Shown here piece by piece: positions 56,527 to 64,000 of a stretch of 64,000 nucleotides of DNA. Below the pieces are notes generated by a model. That model was given only the letters and a program-made list of their open reading frames with translations, did not search any database and was not told where the DNA came from. The DNA is taken from contig NC_043002.1 of NCBI RefSeq assembly GCF_006345805.1, positions 83,328,001-83,392,000 on the forward strand. Reading direction: 5' to 3'. The position numbers and the translations under genes were made by a program. This DNA comes from Octopus sinensis (taxonomy: Eukaryota). The first letter of the stretch is position 1, and every line of letters starts with the position of its first letter.

Positions 56527-56832
56527 ACAGAAAACAAGGAGAGAAATATATATATATATATATAAATAAAATGTATAGTTTATTTAGAGCTTGTTAATGT
56601 TAACAATGACTCCCATTGATATACAGATAGGAAGATGTAGTGAACGTTGTGAGCTATATTCAAAGTAATATTTTTATGGAGGCAACACATGCGGAGCTTA
56701 AAAGAACATAATTAAAATACACATTCGAAACTTATATAAATATATATATATTCTTTATAAAATCGAAATAAAATCCCAGAATACATAAATATACATAAAT
56801 AGACAAATGTCGATGTAATACATATTAAGATC

Positions 56833-56916
56833 ACATCTACGGGTCGTTTCAGAGATGTGCCATGGAATATAACATATTTCATATTATTATTTATGGCATT
56901 CCTCTCATCAGGATGT
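56833..56916 (-). ncRNA. Type I hammerhead ribozyme motif, canonical core
   Basis: ACAUC-CUGAUGA-G AGG..UGCCAU/29-nt loop/AUGGCA..UCU-GAAA CG acc CG U A-GAUGU. Stem I is ACAUC/GAUGU, stem III is ACG/CGU, and the cleavage triplet is GUA. Confidence 0.8.
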
Positions 56917-56978
56917 TACACAAAGTTCGAAAACACATCTACATACCAGGACTGGTCAACCGTCAGCGGCAATGTGAC

Positions 56979-57013
<35 letters not shown>

Positions 57014-57779
57014 GTCACAAGGATTATTATGAAGCTGCATAGCTCTACCTTTAATTCTTTCAATATATATATATACAGCTTTACATAGGCCAATTCATGA
57101 TCACATATCCATCACTGTACACATTGTATCTCGCTAATTTAGCTCATGAGTATGTATATTTATTCCACCCCCAAAACGAGCTATTACCTCTCCTGTCCCG
57201 AGTAATAACTATCACTAATTACCTCCCCTTAGATTTGTCTACTTGTTCATTCATTCTCAAACTTTCATACAAGAGCATGAACTAAAATCTTAAGAAAATA
57301 CGAAATCACAATAATTTCAGTGTCATGATTAGCGAAAGCGCAACCGGTCGACAATCACAATACACTTTCATTTAAAATATATTAAATCTATGTAAACTGT
57401 GTGAACTTTCCTTCTTTTATTATATATATACTAGCAGTAATACCCATCGTTGATCGGCTAATTACTTTTACTGTATCTCGGGAGTCACATTCAAAGTATT
57501 ATTATATATATATAATTTACTCCTCCTGTATGTGTGTATTTTTATAAGAGAAAATATGTAATAATTGAAGTTGAAAAAAGATTAGTGTCATACAGGAATC
57601 ACCTGAATGTGTGTACTTTATAAGAGAAAAATGTAATAATTGAAGTAGAAAAAATTTGTAGATCCATTGGATCTACAAATTCAATATTGCTACATATCTC
57701 ACATCTATTTTCTTTCCCCACCTCACTCTCTATTTTGTATCCTGTCTAAATTAACTATTACTTAACCATCCTCCACACC

Positions 57780-57831
57780 GTCTCCGATGAAGGGATATAA
57801 TTAATAAATATCCTGGAAACAGCTGTAAGAC
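57780..57831 (+). ncRNA. Minimal type I hammerhead-like motif (U4C core)
   Basis: GUCU-CCGAUGA-A GGGAUAU aauuaauaa AUAUCCU G-GAA ACAGCUGU A-AGAC: palindromic stem III and GUA triplet. Confidence 0.65.
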
Positions 57832-58162
57832 CGTCTATCTATAAATGTTCTAATATCTACACAAACTTTGTGTTTTTTATCTCATTACGCAAAAATTCTT
57901 ATATACACACGCTGACATATGACTAACGTTGAACCCCTTATTCGCAAAATCACCGAACCTGGAACTCAACTGTGGTCTGTCTATAGCACTTATTCAGCAT
58001 TACCTGACGCCTTTGGGTCTCAATGACACCATTACCTCTAATAACCTCAATATATATATATTATATATATATATATATATTATATTATATATATATATAC
58101 ATAAACAATTGCAGCGTGGAAGGTGTTTGTAAGCCATTTAAGAAACACACATTTAAGTTTAA

Positions 58163-58213
58163 TTTGTCAAAATATTTTCGTCGCTTTAAGACCGCGACCT
58201 GTTCACTGACAAA
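58163..58213 (-). ncRNA. Minimal type I hammerhead-like motif with G3:C8 core
   Basis: UUUGUCA-GUGAACA-G-GUCGC ggucuuaaa GCGAC-GAA-AAUAUU-U-UGACAAA: 7-bp stem I, 5-bp stem II and palindromic stem III. Confidence 0.7.
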
Positions 58214-58417
58214 AATCCGTGCTGCATCTGAGAAAGTAACAGTTAGTTCGTTATATATATGTACGTATGTATGTATGTATGCACGCATGTATGTATGTAC
58301 GTACGCCTGTGTGTATGTATGTATGTATGTGTGTGTGTATATGCACGCACACACACACTATAAACTTAAAGCTACAAACAAATTTGCTGTTGAGATTAAA
58401 TTTGTTAGAATAGACTC

Positions 58418-58456
<39 letters not shown>

Positions 58457-59000
58457 TTTCATAAGAAACTCACCCCAATATTTTATAGATCACCATTGTA
58501 AGTGAGATTAAAAAAAAAGATTGAGACATCTGTCATAGTAATATCAAGAGTGCTCCACACATTGAATGCATCTCTGTTACAAATTAAGACAAAATATAAA
58601 TATATTCACATCTGTTCCCTTGAATCCAGTTTATGATTTACAATGAAGTACGCTATCAATGAAACCAATAGCCCTTTTCATTGATTGAAACCTATCTTTC
58701 ATAAGCTATATGTAAATTGGTGACTTTAACTGTTTTAAAAAGTTGACGGAGTAAATCTCCATCTTTGATATTTGAGAAATAGTTCAATGCAGGCAATGTC
58801 ATTTTTTTAATTTCTATTATCCATGTCTTTTTTTATTCGTTTTTTTTTTTAATTAATAATTAGATGAGTTATAATTATTATTTCTTCAAATGGTGAATTT
58901 TGAAGCAGACACAGATATAAATAGTAGCATGTGAATATTTGGTTACAAACCCGCTTTGGGTAAGAAAAAAAAAACGGCTGTCCGTGGGACACGAACTCAC

Positions 59001-59090
59001 ATTTTCTGTAAACATGACAGACGTCCTATTTTAGAAACGTTATCCTTTCCAACGAGAATTGTATGTTGTTGACGTCATAAAAATTTATAA
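59001..59090 (-). promoter_or_regulatory. Candidate promoter / non-coding first exon of gene 2
   Basis: Repeat-free, locally CpG-containing patch with TATAAA (minus, 59089-59084), a TGACGTCA palindrome (59070-59077) and a donor AAT|gtgagt at 59001/59000. The link to gene 2 is inference only. Confidence 0.25.
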
Positions 59091-59949
59091 ACTTCGAGAA
59101 CGCGAAGTAATTCTCTTTTCGGAATGGTGGATCTCGAAGTAAATAAAGTATGAATAATAACACGTAGATATTAGGTTAAAAATCCCTTTGGAGAGAAAAA
59201 GTAGAAGGTTACCCGTGAATCAATGATTGAGAGATTTGAACCCCCCCTTTCAGTTCAAGCATCCAATGATGCCATCAATCACCTCAACGGAATAGCCTCT
59301 ACGTAATCACACAATCAGGTAGCAGCCAAATCTTCCTGCTGTCTTAAAAAAAAATGAAAGATATGTCTGACCAAAGACTAAAAAAAAAATTAATAAATAA
59401 AAAGACGAGATGGTTACGGCTGGAATGTATATGGCCGATGCGATCCATATTCAGTTTGAACTCCTGGCATATAGCAAGATCATTCAGACGTACCTGAAAT
59501 GGGTTGGAACGAATAAGAATTATTGGAAAACAAATGCGAATAACTTTCTCTGTGAAAATAGAATCTATTTGCTCTCCAACGAATGTTTGAATGAAACATT
59601 AAAAAGATATTGGTTTTAGATCAGTGGTATAACAGAATTAGGGCTCATACCCAATGTGAATCAATAAATGATCCCCATAAAGTGATGTTCTTTATAATAT
59701 TGCTAATTTTCGATAGACTATCTAAATGTGTTGCTTAGATTAATATCTCGTAATTACAAGAAGTTTATTTTATGTCAGCTACATATATAACACATAGACA
59801 TTAAAAGCAATTATTGATACATTCATTTACAAGTACAACTATACAAAAATACATAAGCATTTATTGAAATGGTGTCGATCTCGTTGTATGTTTACTCGGT
59901 GCTTTTTTTATTTTTTACTTTTGTCAATGCGAAAACGTAAATACGAGTA

Positions 59950-61164
59950 TGTTACGAGGGAACCTCCGTCGAACGAAAGCTGTTACGGAATCCCTCACAC
60001 AGGCCCGTTCGATGCAGCGAATGTTCGCCACGGAAACTCGGAGAGGAGAGAGAGACAACAACAACTACAGCCGCCGCAAGAAGAAGACACAGAGGCAACC
60101 GAGAGAGACACAAAGGAGGCAAGGCAATTGGCTACGTTAACAACTAGTTTATGACAATCAATTGTTACAACATCAAATACATATCAGATACATTTAAAAG
60201 AGGTAAATACAAGCAACAGAATCAACACGTCGAATTAAACAACAACTCAATACATCATACAGGTATACCACAGATCAAAGCATTTAACAACAGCATTTCA
60301 AGAGTACACGTCCGGAGACAACAGTTCTGTTTCAAATCACATTAAAGGCATATACAATGTTCATTACACAGTTCTCTCTTCAACAACTCTGTACACAATG
60401 ACTTTACACAGTTCACATTGTTCTTTTCACTGTCTCATTTCTTTTCAACATTTCGATACATCGATTCTTTTTCCTTCTTTTTCTTCACATATCAATACAC
60501 AATTCACGTACCTTAGTTCCCACTAGAATAGCCAGTGTCCCATATTGCACCTCATCTCTCTCAGTACTGCTAACTCCAACTTGCCAAACTCTTGCCCCGA
60601 ATTCCAAATCCTCGCTCCTAAATCCAACCGCTCGCTTTGACGACCAAATACCGACTGCCAAAACCTCTTGCTCTCTCACCACCCCCAATCTCCCTTAGCA
60701 CTGCTAATATTCTCTCTATCGCCGCTTGGTCCTATCTGCCTGTCTTCCTCTGCCCCTCATCCTCTCTAAATCTACTGTCATCTCTCACTGTCAGCTCCCA
60801 GATCTACTGTCAGCTCCCAGATTCCTTACTCTGTCTTCCTCGGCCCTCACATTTCTCTGACCCCTTCTCCTCTCTTAATCTACTGTCATCTCTCATGACA
60901 GCTCCCAGATTCCTTACTCTGTCTTCCTCGACCCTCACATTTCTCTGACCCTTTCTTGACCGGCAAAAGGGGTAAGGGTCCCTCCAAAAGCCATCGTGAA
61001 CAAAGGAATATAACTTTTTATTCCAGACTTTGAGTCGCCAAGCCAGCAAAGTAGGTCAAGAAGTACTGTACCAGCCGAACCACAACAAGTACAACATCGA
61101 TTTTCCAGAACTATTGGCTCCGAAGCCTTTCCCGATTACTCAGAGTTGATCACCTTGTTCAACA
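59950..61164. mobile_element. Unclassified ~1.2-kb element with TGTT...AACA ends (solo-LTR-like)
   Basis: Microsatellite-free island with TG...CA termini, an internal ~90-100-bp direct repeat (60761-60955) and AATAAA on the minus strand near 61020. No direct-repeat TSD found. Confidence 0.4.
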
Positions 61165-62980
61165 TACTCTAAATTAAACAATTATTAAATTTACTTAAAT
61201 AATTAAATGAAGTACAGGTACCGCTAAATTTAGCGTAAATTATCGCGGAATATAAGAGGTTCTGGACTATCTGTGTCCGGAAGTTGGTGTTGTACCTATG
61301 ACATCATCAACATTTGTGTTTTCAGTTTTTAGAAGTTCAGTAGCTAAAAAAGCTAAACCTGGCGGTGTTTTTTTTTTGGGGGGGGGGGGCTGGTTGAAGC
61401 TCTCAAAATATAACATTAATTGTTGAAAGAGTTCTTACAGCTGGCAGCTGAAATTTTAATGTGAACATAATGTGAATAACTACTCTCAAATTTGGAAAAT
61501 TATTTTCATCTCCATGTTCAAAAATAAATTTGAGAAGTTTTTTGTTCTTACTAATTTAAATGTTTGGCTGACTTTTCAGGAGTATTTTATAATTCAAGAT
61601 ATCATAAAGTTCCAACCCGTCGATATCAGAGCTACAAAAATGCCCAAGGTTGAAACAAATTTTCCATAAGATATTTTCCTTGTGATATGAATGATGTTAA
61701 TTTCATTTCAAGCAAACAATAATCTTCAAGTATGTAAAAGAAATATAAATTCTTAATCCAAGATTAAGGCAGACAAATTTGTATTCCTTTTCGTTATGGA
61801 GATGATCAATAGTGTCATTTTCATTTCTTCACCCATCACTTTTCCACCAGACATTTGTTTCTTCTTTTTCTAACATCTTTCTAGTTAAATATTCTGTTCA
61901 TCATATAGTCTCAACCCGATTTCAAGTTATTCAGTCAATTATTCTCCGCTGTTTAAGAATTAACCTTAAAAGGACTTTAAATTCTAGGCTGTGATATAAT
62001 TTCATGCTAGGATCTTTGAGTCATTTATTTTTAATACGGCTACTCTGAATAATAATGTAATTTCAAATTCCAGGAAAAACCACAAATTAGAAATCAAAAT
62101 TTGATTTGGCATCTATCTTCCATATTTTGTATTAACAATTTGATTTTAATCATTAACTTATACTTTGCCAAAGTTCCACTGTGATAGTGAACTAACTTCA
62201 ATTTCTCTTCTCGAACATCATCCAGTTTCAGATTCAGACTTGACAGACATTGATAGAGCAGCATTAAATTTTTACCAGTAGAGAGTTCAGTAAGGAAAAA
62301 GATAAAGCTACTGAATTGTACACTAAAAGTTTATCATCGCAACATCATGGTTTGGAGCTCACGTTCTAGCCAAATTAAGAGACTTATTATTATTATGAGT
62401 AAAGCTATCATAAAAACAGTTTGCATTATTTCTCTGTTAAACACTACAGCCATTTATAACTGCACCATTGTCATAGCATGAGCATCGATAGTTTTCTGAA
62501 GAATTTCTATCTTTTACAAGTTGATCCCAAATTATTTCCATCATGTTTTCAACATATTTTTGTTTTATTTGAATTAATGTAAAAAAATAAAAAGACTTTT
62601 ATAAAAATGTTCTCTTTAAAATCAATATCAATGAAATGTTTCTGCTTTTGGTGTGAAGTAGAATAAAAAATAAAATCGAAATATTTGGTCTTTGAACGAA
62701 TGCTATATACCGTGCTTCCCTGAATACAAGTCGGCGTAGTGTAAACATGTAGAGTAAGCATTCAAGCATCATTACTGTCTTTGCAAATCCTGCTGCATGT
62801 GACATGGAAATTTTATTCCTCCAAAGTTGTCTTGGTGTATAAGTCGACCTATCTTTTTTGGTTGTAAATTTTGATTTGAAAAATTCAATTTGCATGCCGG
62901 AAAATATAGAAGTAATTAACTAAATATATTCATTCTGCATTAACAGAGATAAATATAAAATTGGTCAACACATTTTCTAG

Positions 62981-64000
62981 CACAAGGCTTATCAATGGCT
63001 TTTAGCTAATTTTGATGTGCCGAATCCAAATCTGGCATCAGATTTTGTCTATTATATCAGATTTTTTAGATATAAAATCTTTTAGCTTTGCTAGAAACAG
63101 CTATTTAATGCTCATAGAAGAATTAAACATACGTAGATACAATTTTAATAGACAATATGCCTTTTTTAAATCTAATTAATCAAAACACGGAGTTGTGAGA
63201 CTAATTGCACATTAGCATGTAAGAATTAATCGTGATTATAACAAAATATGAATACAAAAGCTCTATTCATTGTGGTCGTTCATTCTGATCATCTTAATGC
63301 AAGAAATTCCTCTTTTTTGACGATCTCTTGTGCACAGCTTATGGAATATCTCTCATCAAGCTCCATCAATAATGTGTCATCATGTTTAAGTCCCATCGGT
63401 CTTGGTAGCGTTCTTCCATTACTTTTACATCTTGATGAAAGTGTTCGCATTGGTCTTCGCGTTCACCACACCCAGTTTCTCTGGAAATTCACCTAAGTGA
63501 CTGTGTAAGTAGTACAATTTAATGTTCATTCTACATTCAAGTGCTTGCAAACTCAAGAGCAGCTCTTCCACAATCTCTTGATAATTGTCAGCTTTCCTGT
63601 TTCCAAGTAAATTCCTCTCCACATCAGAGAAGGCATTCCAAGCTCTAGTCTCCACAGTACTCATTGTTGTAATAAAATGTGGATCCCTGAGGAGTGTTCT
63701 TATTTGAGGTTCATCAAATATTCCTGCCTTCTCGTCACTGAGACTCGAAAAGGTAGTACATATATATATCGGAAGCAGTTTCCATTGTGATCAAGAGCTT
63801 TGATAAACTGCTTCATTATACCAAGTTTCAACACAGGTTTTGCAAACATTGTGGGGAGCTCAGCTTTTGTCCCGGCCTTTAAGTGTTACTTTAAAGCAAG
63901 CAAGATACACCTTTTTGACAAAGTTATTACTGTTGCACCTTTGAGTCTGTGGAGTGGAGTTTCCCCAGATGTAACAGAAGATATTCAGGTCATTATAGCA
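62981..64000 (-). mobile_element. Degraded DNA transposon, probably Chapaev3/CMC-type, running off the window
   Basis: Minus translation AWNAFSDVERNLLGNRKADNYQEIVEELL..CRMNIKLYYLHSHLGEFPEKLGVV / EDQCEHFHQDVKVMEERYQDRWDLNMMTHY*W matches a widespread transposase C-terminus (KIHFLHSHLDFFP..GERFHQD..ME.RYQG). The superfamily assignment is from recall. CAC terminus candidate at 62981. Confidence 0.6.

Noticed and set aside
62707-62910. Possible pogo-type MITE, with a related fragment at ~6430-6500
   Set aside because: The TIRs are too degenerate to fix boundaries by eye.

Overview
AT-rich, microsatellite-dense eukaryotic DNA. The SINE types and repeat load point to an octopus (cephalopod) genome; this is inference. 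There are two host genes, a convergent (tail-to-tail) pair of paralogous cyclophilin B/C-like peptidyl-prolyl isomerases. Gene 1 (+) shows only its last two exons (2942-3126, 6657-6806). Gene 2 (-) is complete in four coding exons (50763-50518, 31602-31509, 28194-28010, 26514-26350; 229 aa, signal peptide). Both carry His at the CypA A103 position. The rest is repeats: tRNA-derived SINEs (often 184-bp concatemers), mariner/pogo MITEs, Helitron-type elements, RTE, R4/Dong, CR1-like and Penelope fragments, a Chapaev-like transposase relic, a 5S rRNA pseudogene and two near-identical local duplications. The main unexplained signal, read by hand, is seven type-I hammerhead-ribozyme-like motifs from five sequence families. 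One has a fully canonical core, one has a compensatory G3:C8 swap, and three copies share a CUGUNGA core. Most long ORFs in the supplied track ([12 protein letters not shown]) are microsatellite artefacts. All folds and alignments were done by eye and no searches were run.
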